Of a DNA stretch of 64,000 nucleotides, positions 26,028-39,500 are shown piece after piece. Every line of letters begins with the position of its first letter. Within the stretch, counting starts at the first letter, position 1. The notes beneath the pieces were generated by a model. The model searched no databases and was not told the DNA's origin. It worked only from the letters and a program-made list of their open reading frames with translations. Position numbers and translations under genes: made by a program. Source of the stretch: Phoronis australis (lineage: Eukaryota; Animalia; Phoronida); contig NMRA01000892.1 in NCBI GenBank assembly GCA_002633005.1, positions 44,460-108,459 on the forward strand, in the 5' to 3' direction.

Positions 26028-28479
26028 ACTTCCACACTTTTCCAAAAGAGGGAAACTACGAAGGAATGGCTGAGGAGGGTAACAGTCTAGTTGCCGTGCG
26101 TATTGGTATGTTTTTTGGAGATCGATTCAATATCAGACAACTTGATTTTTGCTAACGTTGATAAGTCTTTTGACCACACCACCTTGCAGGACAATGCCAT
26201 GTTTGTCAAGGCGCCTCGTTTTCGATCAACACGACAGCAGCGCCCCGCGTTCGTGAAGTAGGTCACGGGTGAATATGACGTCCGTATTTTGCACATTTCT
26301 TCAGGGTAACAATTTTCCAAGAGCTATATATTCATTGGACAATTTTCTGTTTGGTATTCGGTTTTATTTTCTTTCTCAGGTAGTCATTGAGCTCATGCTC
26401 TTAAAGTTTTGAGAACGCAACTCTTTTTACGCAGACACGTTTTCTGCCCGCCTGGGCACCGACTCGCACAATTCATCAACCAAACATTTAATTTTGAAAA
26501 TGCCATCAAAAGTGGACTTTTTTAAACACCGTGTTGATCATATTCGTCAGTGTAGAAAAGTGAAATGAACAAATTTGTACACACTGCTCAAAGCAATTTT
26601 GTGGACATACGGAAACGCCAACGTCTCTGTCTTACAACGCAGCGTGGGCTTGGCATTTCTGATAAAGCGCTCTCATGATGGAAAGTTTTTAAGATTGAGC
26701 ACCGTTTCAAAGAATTTCTTCTCACAGCTGAGGACACAAAAATTATTCTGCGATTTTAGGACTGAAACGGAACCAAATCTCGAGTGGTGACTCATTAGAA
26801 TGTGGAAAACTCGGGGAGGTGGGGGGTGGCGATACAAGCGTACTTTTTTATTTTCGAGCCAAACATGTAGTTGCCACTTGTCATTCAGCGTCACTTACTA
26901 CTTAAGGTGACCAGATCATACGCTATAAATATCACCAGACGCTTTGCTTCTCAAAAGTGCACCTTGATGTATTTTTGATCATTTTTTCGACATCGCAATC
27001 GCTTTACCAAAGATACACGCATATATGCCGCGTGGAGACAAATACCTCTTCACCACGTATTCACATCTTCCCGTTCACAATTGTTTTATTTTACATCATT
27101 TGCCAATATGTTGTTGACAGAAAATATTTATTTTTGGAACAATTACGTGAACGATCAACTGATAGGGGCCTACGTGTACATGTAACGAGCCCAGATTTTA
27201 ACGTCACCGATACATGAAAACAGAATGCGCAAAGCTACTATATTGGCTGTAGTCTAAACAGTGGTCATTCCGTGTTTGATGTCACCGTGAAAAGTTCGTG
27301 AAAATCGTAAACATAGTACGATTTCGAAGTTAGAGCCATCGAAGTCCGTGGGTTTAGGGCATACTGGACCGTGAATTTCGCGTCTGTCCTGCAAGGGTCA
27401 ATACTATGAAAATAAAATCCCCGAGTGAGAGCTCTTCGCGTTGTAACAACTCACTCACTATCCCATCACCATGGGCGCGTGATAGGAGACCCGTGAATAA
27501 CTTAAAAAACGCAAAAGGATGCAGTTTGGCGTTACACAGACAAAATCAATTGTGGGCGAAGACTGTCAAAAACACCTACGTTTACAAACTGACTACAGCG
27601 TTGTATTGACCTGGAAGCAGACAATCTAATGCAACTGGTTAACGTCACGAGTCAAATTGAAGATCAAATGTAAAGAAAATTTTCACGTTTTTTATCCAAA
27701 ACTTGTTGCAATGTCCATAATCCAATGTTTACTATCACCGCTTGCATTCAACCTTCGAATTAGTGGTGTTACACAACCGAGACAGTAAAACTAGGTTAGT
27801 TTATTTGACCCTGTGCTAAGACGAATATGCATCGACACGCAAAGTGGTATCAGCCTGACAACCTATTCAGCAACTACTATTCTAGCCTAAAAATAGCAAG
27901 CCGACCACCTGGTCGGCTGATGGCCAGTCGGCTGAAGGGTTGGCTGAAGGGTCAGCTGGGGAGTCGCCTTATGAGTCGGCACTGCGGGCGGCTGCCGGTC
28001 GGCTAATTTTTAGCCGACCGGTCGTCGACAAATTTCCGACCGGTGGGACAAAAATTCGTGATGTGTGCTGTAGAGTAATTGATATATTTTCTGTAGTTAA
28101 TGGATTAAAGACAACAAAAACTTAAATGTCAAGGTGTAACCAAGAGTTTGCCTCCGTGAAACTTAATTCTTTCTCAACGCGATCTTATCACACGCACACA
28201 GAAGAGGATCAGATGATGGTAAAAAGTAACGCATAATGAGGTCTTCGCTATGATGTCAAGAAATGGCGGCAAAGTCCGAAAGAATATGCCATTCCTCACT
28301 AAGTCTAGATTAGCTTTAAAATCGTAATTGTGTTTGATTCTTATAACAGCAAATCAAAGTATCTCTTGGCCTTAAAGGTGGCAATCGCAGGTGGTCATCT
28401 GGTCGCTTCCTACTCTTTTACATGTATTTAGAATCTGTTCCAGACAATACCCCTAGAATCTGAAAATCTGTCCTACAGT

Positions 28480-29795
28480 AGTAAGGATCATCATGAGATT
28501 GGTGTTGTGAAAGTAAAATGCTTGATTTGTTTTTCTTTTTTTAGTCAGCTAAACAGGGGAGAATGTAGCTTTAAAGATAATGCATGTAAATAGATGTCAA
28601 GCAGACTGGTGAGTTATTATGTACTAACTCTGGAAGGAAAATTAAATACACTGTAGTAGCCGGAGATGTCACTAGGAGAAAGCAAACTTACAGAAATGAA
28701 ATGTCAATTACCAAAATATTATTTTCCAATTTCCCTCTGTATTTAAACAAACGAGATATCAGAAAAATAAATTTGAAGAATAAAATAACTTACTGCTACA
28801 GACGAGCGTGATAATATTTATGTACCCCAAAGTGCTTAGTTTAGAATTCATAATTAAAGAGCACGTCAACAGCATGCATATATTTGATAAATAACCAACG
28901 AGGTTACTTAAGAACGTTAAGCAATTTTAAAAGTGCACATACATGTACCTTCTCTGTCGTTTTCAATGACATGTTGTTCATCAGAAACCTAATCAGCAAC
29001 GAAAGCATTAAATACGCATATCCAAGGTCTAAATTGGAGTAAGAGAAAGTCCCGTTGTATAGCCAATTATTCCTGCAAAATAAACCTATAAAAATCTACA
29101 CTACTGAAAAAGATACAATTATAGGACACCTCCATTTTATACACGTATTGTTGTCCAGAAGACCGCCAGTGGCCTTTACTATGTGAACATACATTATGTT
29201 GTAAAACAGAAACTAAAAACTAAGTTGAGAAATAACGAAGGACATGCAACTGGGAATTTTACCTCCAATGTTAGCTGTAGAATATTGGACACGAACACTT
29301 ATTGGTAATAAAATCTTTATCATCAGTAATTATGCCATACTGGCCTTCAAGAATTTTTGTATAATATACTGACATGCACTAAAGTATTTAGCCTCTAAAG
29401 TTGATTCAGCAACATTGTCTTCAAGGATGGAAAGGTTTACTTTGCAGGACCATGCCTACAATTCTATATTATTTTATTAATACCCTGATGTATTTTCTTG
29501 CTTTATCAACATGTATTTTATAAAATATTTTAAAATTTCCACTTTAAAAAGTGGAAATTTCAGGCTAATTCCTGTCTCTGTGATTGCATATCCAAATTAG
29601 TTGAAAACACAACATATAGCAATGATGTGAATGTGAAGTAGGTTGAAAATTGTCAAATGCTTTTGAGAACTTGTTTTGTGGCGAAAAGTATTCTCCAAAA
29701 ATCACTGAACTGTGTCCAGTAAGTATCTTGACGTGGTGCTTGGGAATAACGCTGCAGGATGCCGGCTATTTGGACCCGTAAGATATGCCATTAGT
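28480..29795. repeat. Repeat family A, uninterrupted copy (empty site for the 3660-9776 insertion)
   Basis: Joins the two halves 2440-3659 and 9777-10145 across a single TGCAG. Confidence 0.75.
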
Positions 29796-29984
29796 GCTTA
29801 CTTACCTGTAAACATGGTGGTATCTGCTAACCATTTTGCGCCTCTCTTTGCCCGTTGACAACTTCCACCTCTTCCATGGTCCTGACCATAAATATAGAAT
29901 ATCGTGCTACATATACTGTATAGACATTCTAAATCCATGGCCATAGCCATAATTTAGAATAGCGCACTACATATGTAGACACTT

Positions 29985-30970
29985 TATTCACCTATTTCAC
30001 GAAAGCGCCATTTTCCCGCGCCATCTTTAAATACTGATCGAAAACGAGGCACACTGATAAAACCTCGTGAGTGATCATCAGCTGGCCATGGTGTACTGTG
30101 CAGTGCCTGAACGTACCAATTCCAGTAATATCTCGTCGGTATCCTTCCCAGGGATATACTTAGCCATTCGCCCAGTCACCAATGCTAGTAAAAATGGTGC
30201 TGGGCGAGTAGAAATTGACTTGCCGGTCGCCCGGTGGCGAGCGAATTTCAGAGCGCAAAAGCACAATATGTCGTTTCCCAGATGATTATGAATAATTTTC
30301 CTCCTCCTTGTGCTGTTTTTATCATGAATTTTAGGTTCAGTTTGGTCATCGTGTCGATGCTCCGGCAGTAAACAACATCGGCGCAGTGCGACCCTACCGA
30401 TTCAGTACATTTCACCCGTTACGCGATTCGTCAAAAAAACACAGTGTGTGGTCGTGCACAAAGAATTTGTGGACTAGTCCGAAACGAAGAAAAGGGGAGA
30501 AAGGTGGAAGACCGGTCCATGTGCTCATAGCAAATAAAATACCATACTTCTTGGAACTGATTTCTTATTGTAAAGTGCAATGTCATTTTAGCCAAAATTA
30601 TTTTGATAACATTCGTCCTAATAAGCGCCCATGCCCCTATAAGCGTCCCCACTCGTTTTCAGACTTCGCTAAAATAAGCGCCCAGTCCATGAATGTGTAT
30701 ATATCAGTGCGAAAAATGTCTTACCTGACAGTTCTAAAATTCTACAGTAAATGTATTCAATTTATCAATAATATCCGACAGTTCTGAAAAATCATTGTGC
30801 GCGTAATTTCTAGTAGACCACGAGCCTCGCCGCTATGTCGGTATTTAGCCGTGGCTGTACACTTCAAACCATTCCGCAGTGCTTCAAAAAGAACGCAAAA
30901 GATTTGCTGATCTTGCGGGGAGGAAAGTGTCACACTACATGGTCTGGCCCTGATCAGAACAGACGCAGCG
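29985..30970 (+). repeat. ~1-kb diverged duplicate of 23706-24683 (composite transposon segment), cut at a single-N join
   Basis: Co-linear direct repeat with scattered substitutions and indels; ends exactly at N 30971. Confidence 0.85.
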
Positions 30971-32069
30971 NGTGAAAAAATCTCTTGGACAGCTTCCCAT
31001 GGTCTCCTTCGTCACTGATATAGCAACACGAATGATATTTGTTTGTTTGGCATCTTGCTCGATAAATAATTGCACAACCAAGTAGCGCTACTTAGAGTCT
31101 TTCAATCTAACTGACAGTTATTGGTTGACAGAAAACTGTATAAGGGGAATAAGTAAAAAACTGACAACACAAAAACTATGAAAGGGACCAGAATTTTTTA
31201 TTGTTGTGTTGTGTTCAACAAACACAGCAGTAAAAGGAGGTTGCGATATAGATTTGTTAGAGCGATAAAACTGAGAAAAGATGGCCCAAAAATAAGTAGT
31301 GAAAATGATATTTTGTATACTAAAATGCATAAGATAAAAAATCAATGACTCCATCCAAACTACATGTAGGCTTTTGTATTTTATTCTTTCTTCTTTCTTG
31401 CTGTGTCGTTATTTTTGCTGCAATGTGAAGCGATGATGTGTTGATGCTGAAGAACAGTCACCCAGTTTCCAATACTTTTGTGGTCGTAAAAAGGGTTAAA
31501 AAACCTCAAAAAACTCATAAAAATCAGACTCGGGTTTCGATTGTCAAGGCCAGCTGGTGTTAAGTTTCAAAAAGATCGGTGATTTTGCATATATAGTCCA
31601 CCATCTTGTTTTTATCTGAAATTGCTCTGAAAGAATTTCAAATGCATTGAGCGCGGCAGGAGCAGCTTCACTGATGAGCTCGATGACTGAGTGGATCGCT
31701 GTCGACTGAACAAATACATAACATGATTTTCAGCGCTGCATTATAATCTTTTCAGAAGAGAATTAAAACGCTGGCGATACTGTATACGACAAACGTTTGA
31801 CTATGACCATAGGAGCTAAATGAGGGGTGTCCTGTTTCATTGAAAAGTCGATTACTTGAACTTGTTTGTTTTTCATCACAATTAGGATTATTCGCTAAAA
31901 TAAACAAACTCAAGTCTCATGCAAACGATTACAATTTACATTGCTCAGATCGTAAATGACTGAGCAGTTGTTTTGTCTTTTATAAAGTCACACATGGAAC
32001 ATGCCGATTGGTTGAAAACTGTATTAATTAGTAGTTTGATTATTTCCTGGTATGCCTCACTGAAGCGAC

Positions 32070-32640
32070 TCATGGGGAGACAATAAAATAATCTACAACC
32101 GCTCTTCCTCTATGACTTATTGAGGTGAAGTTTTCTTTACTTATCTCTTTCCTACCATTGACTATGCAAGTTTTAGAGCCGAACAAAAAGTCAATCAAAC
32201 TTCTACCATGACTATTTACAACTTTATCTTTATCAATTACGACTCGTTTATTTACCTGACAATCGACATCTGGAATGTAATCATTCAAGTTACCCACTCT
32301 CAAGTTAAAATCTCCACATATAACAATGTCATCTGCTATATCTGCATGTAAATATAACTGGCATAATAGATGGATATAGAAACTATACGCATCACAACCA
32401 CTTGAAGAGTTCTCAGATAGTAAATAGCAACAAAATACAATTATACAATAGTCTGAGCGTATATGAGTTAGTCTTAAAGCTAATATACCATCTCACGACT
32501 TGTCAACAGTATCAATTTTAAATGTTTTAAACAAATCATTTTTAACAAATATTCCCACCCCATCCGAACCTCTTGGGACCCGCTTGTTTATAAGCTGCCT
32601 ATTGTGTCCGTACCAAAAATAACCGGGCAAAGTAATCGTG
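32070..32640 (-). mobile_element. Non-LTR retrotransposon (RTE-X-like) apurinic endonuclease fragment
   Basis: DIVICGDFNLRVGNLNDY...D..VNSHGRSLIDFL....CIVNGR...FTSISHRGRAVVDYFIVS are APE-domain motifs. Confidence 0.85.
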
Positions 32641-33285
32641 GGGTAAAGGCTGCATAATGCTTTTTCAGTCAGACCTGATCGGAAGAAGTTTTGTAAGGAA
32701 ACTTCTGTCTGTGTATGGTTTTCAGGTGTATGGATTAATCAGGGTATGGTAAACCAAGTGTATTTCCTGACAGTTTTTTCTCAACGTGTCAACGATTGTT
32801 ATTTGCAAGGCTGGCAATCTGATATCGAATGTAACGCAAAAATGACTTACTATATGGGGTATAAAACAATGTATTGTCTTGAGAATTATCTAGCAATAGT
32901 TAGTATCCACGTGTTTTATCCAGTCTCTGCGATGTTCAAATCATTCGTTACTAGTGGAAAGAGGTCGCCACACTAATATTCCCTATGAAAATAGGTCGTG
33001 TGAGTTATGTAATTGGGGATGTGTAGAGGACCAATACCACCTTGTGTTAGATTGCAGTGCGTACCTAGACCTTCGGGTTAAGTACTTAAAAGATCGTTTT
33101 TGTTATTCTCCCACAACATCTAAATTTGAATCTATCATGAGAACTCCGGATATCCTACTTCTAAAATTCGTTCATCGTGCTCTCGAGCGTCACAATTTAT
33201 TATCCAGTTTTTAACGCACCTGCCAATGTTTTGTCTTGGCTTTGTGCCTATGGCCATACATGTATGTATATATTTCAATAAAAAT
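32640..33285 (+). mobile_element. 3' end of RTE-X-like LINE ORF2 with AATAAA tail
   Basis: VWINQG...FSQRVNDCYLQGW...ERGRHTNIPYENRSCELCNWGCVEDQYHLVLDCSAYLDLRVKY zinc-knuckle C-terminus; AATAAA near 33277. Confidence 0.85.
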
Positions 33286-33511
33286 CGCTAAATCCTCACC
33301 CAAATTCCTTAATTCGATAGGTACTTTGACATTTCGCTGTTTCTATCTCATGCTAAGGACGTGCTTTAACCACAGGCTCGGTTTCTCTTATCCATTTCAA
33401 GGTACCTAAACTACACGGTCAATGGACTCCTAAACACAGTCAAAAAACGGACGCAAACGCATTTCTTACTTCGTGTCGTATCAGTCTCTCGGCGCGTGGT
33501 GTGCATATAGC

Positions 33512-33555
33512 TCATTGGTATAATAATGAACTTAAAAGTAGGTCATACCTCTTGG
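33512..33555 (-). CDS. Candidate third exon of PAN-domain gene (terminal TKRYDLLLSSLLYQ*, or a 7-nt microexon)
   Basis: Strong polypyrimidine acceptor ctttacttctttttgccatccccag, phase-compatible; no homology support. Confidence 0.3.
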
Positions 33556-34413
33556 CTGGGGATGGCAAAAAGAAGTAAAGTTTGAACTATAATTAAGTTA
33601 ATTACCCACTGCAAATTCAGTTGACATTGCGAGTGAATATTGAAATAGCTAACATGGTTAAGACATGTATAGGTAATATTGACCGAAAACAAATTTACAA
33701 AGAATAATTAACCGGACTTTTTGATTTTCACTCGCCACAGTTAAATCGGCTTTTTCCCAGCTTCGGTAAATCGGCTTTATTAGAATTTAGGATCACGAGT
33801 TCTCGTAAACAGCTTGGTGGATTTCGCTGAAACTTTCCAACTTAATATTTATTCATCAATCTCAAAAACATCTAGTTTTTGCGTAATGTAACAAAAACGA
33901 ATATGACTTCTATTTTTAACAAAAATACATAACGTTTTTCCAGTTGATTTGTCAAAGAAACCAAAAGAAAAGACCAATCGAAAATTCCCAACGGAGTTTT
34001 TGAGGCAGCAGGTGAAGTTTTTTGGTGAATACTATATCTAACTCAAATGCAAAATACGAGTAAACATATTCCGTTTACAGCACCTTAATAAATTTACATC
34101 AAAATTAAATATAATATTTGCCCAAACTCGAGCGTAAGTTTTATCATTTTTAATGAAAAAGACATCGGTTAAGATAAAAATTAGGAGAGTTTTTGATTTT
34201 AAAATGCACTCTAACAGTTAAGCTTCCAATCAACGGTTTGTGTCAGATGCAGGTGACATGGGGCTGTCTTCACATGTCCAACATCATTCTCATTTGCATC
34301 GTCTGATTCAATAAAAAGTTACAAAAGAAATGGTAACTCAAAACGTCGTTACTAGCGAAATGGTTTATCTGTGTTTAAGTCGAAATAAGCGTTAGAATTA
34401 CTGTTGAACTCAC

Positions 34414-34692
34414 TTAAACATTGTATTTCCAAATGTTGCATTGGCTTGTTTTGCCGTAGATCATCGATTCCAATGCCATCACTGTCCCACTTCTTGCTTT
34501 TCATCCAGCATCTCTTCGTGTCCCGGTTATAATCGGCAGACGAACATGGCTTGCTCTGGTAACACAACAGGGCGCAGTGTGCAGGACAGTTCGCATTAGA
34601 TACGACATGTTCATCTACATTGTGGCCGCGTAGCTCGTGTTCAAAAAGTTTGTAGATTTGAAATTTATAGGGATGCTCACAGACCTGTGTTC
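34414..34692 (-). CDS. Secreted PAN/apple-domain protein, exon 2 (279 bp, phase 1-1)
   Basis: ttttttcag acceptor and gtgagt donor; TQVCEHPYKFQIYKLFEHELRGHNVDEHVVSNANCPAHCALLCYQSKPCSSADYNRDTKRCWMKSKKWDSDG...QHLEIQCL has the PAN C-x3-C-x5-C...Y...C pattern. Confidence 0.85.
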
Positions 34693-36427
34693 CTGAAAAA
34701 ACAAAGCATGTCTGGTGACCATGCGCTGTTTCAATCTTGAAGACTCAGAAGAAGTGGTCATGAATAAGCCCTTTTCATATGATTAAGGATAGGGTTTCGT
34801 AATACTAGTTTTACAACGGCGAGTAGACCTAATCAAAAGATTTTTTGGCAGAAGACATGTTTATACAACTTTTATCCACCTGAAGTTGGGTATCAAAGTT
34901 ATGGGGTTTGAGTACAGTACCAGAGCTCCTTTTCGAGAAAAGCTGTATCACACAAGTCCTCGCGAAATGTAGCCATGTATTAAAAGGGAAGCGCGTGATC
35001 ACGGTAGTTTCACTGGTGAATTTCTCGCTTCTGTGGAACGTACATGTAACTCGTATAATTTGTGTAATAACATGGAAGGGAAAGGAGTATTTTATTTTTT
35101 TATTTTTCTCCGAAATGCATTGAGCATTAGATACATGTTGTCGTTCTATAATAACTAAGAATCGGCACCGGAGTGGTAAAAACCTACTATAAAAACTGAA
35201 ACGTGTATGAAACAAAACATGATGCCACAATGCAATGAGGCAAAAATAAGATAAATGATGCTGGTGAGATATTGGTACATATGGAAACAAAAACAAACAT
35301 TTGTCTAGATCAACCAGTTACCAAAAAAATCATTGACATTTCTGGGTCCGGCGCGACTGTGCACCGCAGTAGCTCGGAGGCCATTTAACTTGGTTGCCGT
35401 AAGCTCAGCGAGTACAGAGGGGTCAACGTTCTGACAATTAATATATTAGATGCATCGAACTGAGTGATTTTACAATTGCAGCTGACAGGGGGTGCACACC
35501 AGAAATCAACCCTTGCAATCTGTTGAGTTTAGGCAGTATTTGTTGAAAAAATCATTGACACGTATTCATGAACTTCTTGGATTTGTCCGGATAACTTTCA
35601 TCAGCCGTACCAGGAGATGAGGATAGATTGTTATTACGAAAGCGTTGTTGATGAAGGGGGACTTATTTGTAGGAAACTCAATCCGACTGTCAGAGGTACA
35701 TGTATGAATTTTTGATGACCGTGCACAGTGAACCTGTATAATAGGTTAAAGTGCAAAGATATAAATTTGTGATCTTCGGGATGCACACTTAACTCAGGCC
35801 ACTGCGGGAATGAACAAGAAGTCATGATGAATAGCTAATTTCTGAAAATTTCTTGGAGGAAGCCCCTAACACCCGATCCCCGTATGATGCCCCGCTTCAA
35901 TTATTGCTCTCCAGGATGCCTCATGTCATGTTTCTGCGTCCATGGTTCAGTTCAGGAATATATTGCCTACAGATTCCATACCGTGGTTTACGGATATCAA
36001 AAGTGTTGTACCAAGAGTGATAATGATATTGGGTTCATCGTTTTGAGTTTAGATGCTTAATATACATCTACGAGAATCGACTGTTACCTAATCTAGTAAG
36101 AAATCGTTTCTTCAATGAGCTTAGACGCAAGCTGAACTTTTGGGCGGTTCTATCATCCGAATCCTAAAATGCAACAACTAATTTTTACCACGTAACGTGC
36201 TCAGGTCGAAAAGGTATCATTCTCGTGAAATTTTGTTGAAATACCGGTACTCACGTTTCTGATGGCTTTCTCCCCAAACAAGAAACTCCGCATGCCTATG
36301 ATTGTTATGGGGGTTGCGTGGTGCAGGGTAAGAAATTGATTAGGGGTCAACTTGATTAGTTGGTACTCCCCTCCCCGCCTTCCTACGAGCCTGTTCAGTC
36401 CAAAAACCCCACTGCCCCCGAAGTTAC

Positions 36428-36500
36428 CTGGTAACCGATACTCTTCGTCCTTTGAAACAACGGTAAGTGGTAAGATGGCGAAGAAATACGGAACCAACAT
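36428..36500 (-). CDS. Secreted PAN/apple-domain protein, exon 1 (signal peptide)
   Basis: MLVPYFFAILPLTVVSKDEEYRLP-G|gtaact; hydrophobic leader; phase-1 donor joins exon 2 in frame. Confidence 0.7.
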
Positions 36501-39500
36501 GTCTACCTTGATGCCAGTAGACACATATCTGTGCCAACTGAACAGTGATACTACGTTATGAGATAAACAATATCACACATAATCGATATCACAACAATCA
36601 TCATGTGATATGTGTACACGTTTGCGTTGTTCTGTTTTTGCCTATTCATTTTTTTTGAAGTTTTAGACAGACCCTTATATACAATTGTCAAATATGTCCC
36701 AATGAATACACGGCTTGAAATTTCCTGTTTAATCGATAGTTTTTCGTATTGTCCCACTTTCTATCTGTCGTCAGTGTCAAGTGTCACAACACATTATGAC
36801 CAGGAAATCAACAATCGCGAAGATATATAGTTATTTCACAGGAACGTATTTGCCCGGTACTGCAGTCATCATAGACCATGAGTAAAATTGCCGCCTCATT
36901 TCAACAATAGAAAAAATGAAACACGCGCAAGCGCAACATGAATCTCAAAACTCAAATGCCAGCACGACGTAGACACTATTTAAAAATCAACAACTGTGGA
37001 GCTAACGTACGACTGTGAAATTGGCGATTAAACTGTAAAAATCAAGGTTATGCCTGCGTTCAACATGACTAGTTTGGAACAATGGTTGCTATTAAATAAT
37101 TCTAATAATTAACGAATGTATTTCTTTCGCCCTCAAAAGTGTCAGTACACACAGAAACGCAGTTGTCTACTTGTACCCAAGCACGCTAGTTTCGATCATC
37201 AATTTGGTTTACTTGGGATTTACACACGCTGGCAGTGCCGTTTTTGTTTTGCTGGAGACGTTTTTTTGTTTTTTTTTTTTTATTTTTGGGTCCTGGCCCG
37301 AAAGCGGGGTTTAAACCCCCTGAACCCTCCCGTAGATCCGCCACTGACTAAAACATTACCATTTCTTGCTAATTTTTATTGAGGCATGTCACTCAGGTTT
37401 CCGGTGACTCTAAGGGGTGTGCCCCAGCAGTAAAGTCTGCAACACTACAACTAGGGGATGCTAACTTGAAGTGGTGGCGATAGTGTTGGATACTACTTTG
37501 AGACCACGGGCATAAAAGTTTGGCGCAGTCGAATTAGCTTGTGCTCCCCTTCTCACATTACTAACGACCAAAAGGAAAGTAAAAACGTTGTACATTCGGT
37601 GTCTGAGTAGTACTGTTGTCTGAATTACTTACCAATACTCGTGAAATAAAATTTTCAAAAATGAAGAGTTTACCTGTAAAAGACTCCAAACCAATACTTG
37701 GTGTTGCCGAAAACGCCAAAATTGACATATCATCATGTTATTGTAGCCGTGTTTTTCCCGTGCGACTAAAAAGAAAACGGGACGTTTCATGTTCTTGTGC
37801 GGCACCCGAAATTTCCCATTCGACTAAATAAAACAAAAAACGACTTCGAGCACTTTTGGGTGGTAAGTCTTCCTTTCAACAAAAACGCTTTCGAGGCGTG
37901 TTTGTGTGTTGCATTGAACGTTTTACCCTTACGTTTTGTCGTAGACCCAGTTGTTCCGCTTTTTAATCGAAAGGCCCTCTTTTAAAACCAGTTGTCCCGC
38001 TCTCTCCTTCTCGAATGTTGACAGTGACAACTCTTATTTCCAGAGTCCACTTTCTTTAGTAACATAACAACCGTAAAACTATGTTACAATGTCTCTTGTT
38101 TACGGTAATTACATAAACAACATGTGTCAGGATCCCTAATTTTTATTGAAGAAATGCGTATACTACGGAAAGTCCTACAGTGCACCCAATGCAATGAACT
38201 ATCCACAGAACACAGAAAGCTACACAATAAATGTTAGCTCAGTTTTTTATTTATCTGGGAAAACCTTTGTCTGCACCTTCAGTATAGAAAGTTGGAATAA
38301 TTAGTTTATCACACACTTTGTAAATGTCACTGCACCCTGGAATTTACTGAAGGGAATGAAACTGAACCAAAGGTTCAATTTATATATAGAGCTGTACAAT
38401 TTTGAATGAATGCCTGACTTGATTCTTTAGATCAACTGAGAGGGATTCATATTCAAAAATTGCTGTCATTATAGGATAGAAATGTTTATAAGAATCATTG
38501 ACATTGTTTTTCTGTTGGTTTAACTAGTCATCTATATAACCTTTCTAGTTCAGTGTTTTGTTACCGTTACACTCAGTTATTTTGAAACACATAGCTGCAA
38601 CACGAAGATATTGTCACCACTTTTGTTGGAATGTCACAATCCAGAAAAAAACAGTCATAAACAGGACAAAATAGTTTTGTTTCGTATTGATGACGAGGCG
38701 CGAAACTACACAAAAACTACCCGTAGTAACTTAACTACCATTTGTCTGAAAATTTGTCTGTATGCAATTTTTTCAGCATTCCATATATAATGGCACTCCA
38801 GTACACGGCTGTGTTATACATTAAATGGTAAGCTATATTAAAACCTGCATTTTTTCCGAAGCAAATTAAGATATCAACCCCGAGATCACTCATATTGACA
38901 ATACGCCCCCTTCCCCCATTTGTGAAAATACGCCCGGACATATATTCGGTTTCAATGACGTTTTTGAAAGTTAGTTTTCCAAATATCCACCCATGGGCTT
39001 ATTTTGGGGAATTCACCTCTCACGGTCTGAGGTTAATAAACCAGAGCCCGGGGACCAATCCTTATACTCGAACTCGATATTACTTTTAATTTTCCGTTCT
39101 AACCAGATAAGTGTATTCTGCGCTCGAGTACATTATGTGTTACACGAATGACTGTGTAATCCTATTTTGTACTCGATGACCCTAGTATTGGGGCTACAAT
39201 TTCTAGTTTGAACTCGAAATCTTGTGTTTGTACTAGAAACGTCGGTCTTCATTCTCAGTGCCATCAAGCACGCATTTTGCTAACCAGGGGACTTTAGCCA
39301 CGCGAACACGTCGTATTTAAACGAGAATGATAACCTGCACAGATAGTGCGCATTGTAACTTGAATTAATTTTCAGGCATGAAGCCTACCAAAAACTACCC
39401 TTAGTAGCTTTGCTACCGTTTGCGATGCACCGAACGTGTGTCAATTTCCTTTGGTATACAATTGCATTGACCACTCCATTCTGGTATCAAAATACACGGA

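Larger units (their letters stand above)
20913..28073. mobile_element. ~7.2-kb EnSpm/CACTA-like element (TIR CTACAGCACACATCAC...) inflated by nested insertions
   Basis: ctacagcacacatcacaaatttttggccgaccggtcggaaattggtcgacgaccgg at 20913 is the inverted match of ccggtcgtcgacaaatttccgaccggtgggacaaaaattcgtgatgtgtgctgtag ending at 28073. TSD unclear. Confidence 0.6.

Noticed and set aside
29985-30970. Duplicate as a haplotype or assembly artefact
   Set aside because: The copies differ by many substitutions and indels, more like a real repeat; only its truncation at the single N is likely artefactual.
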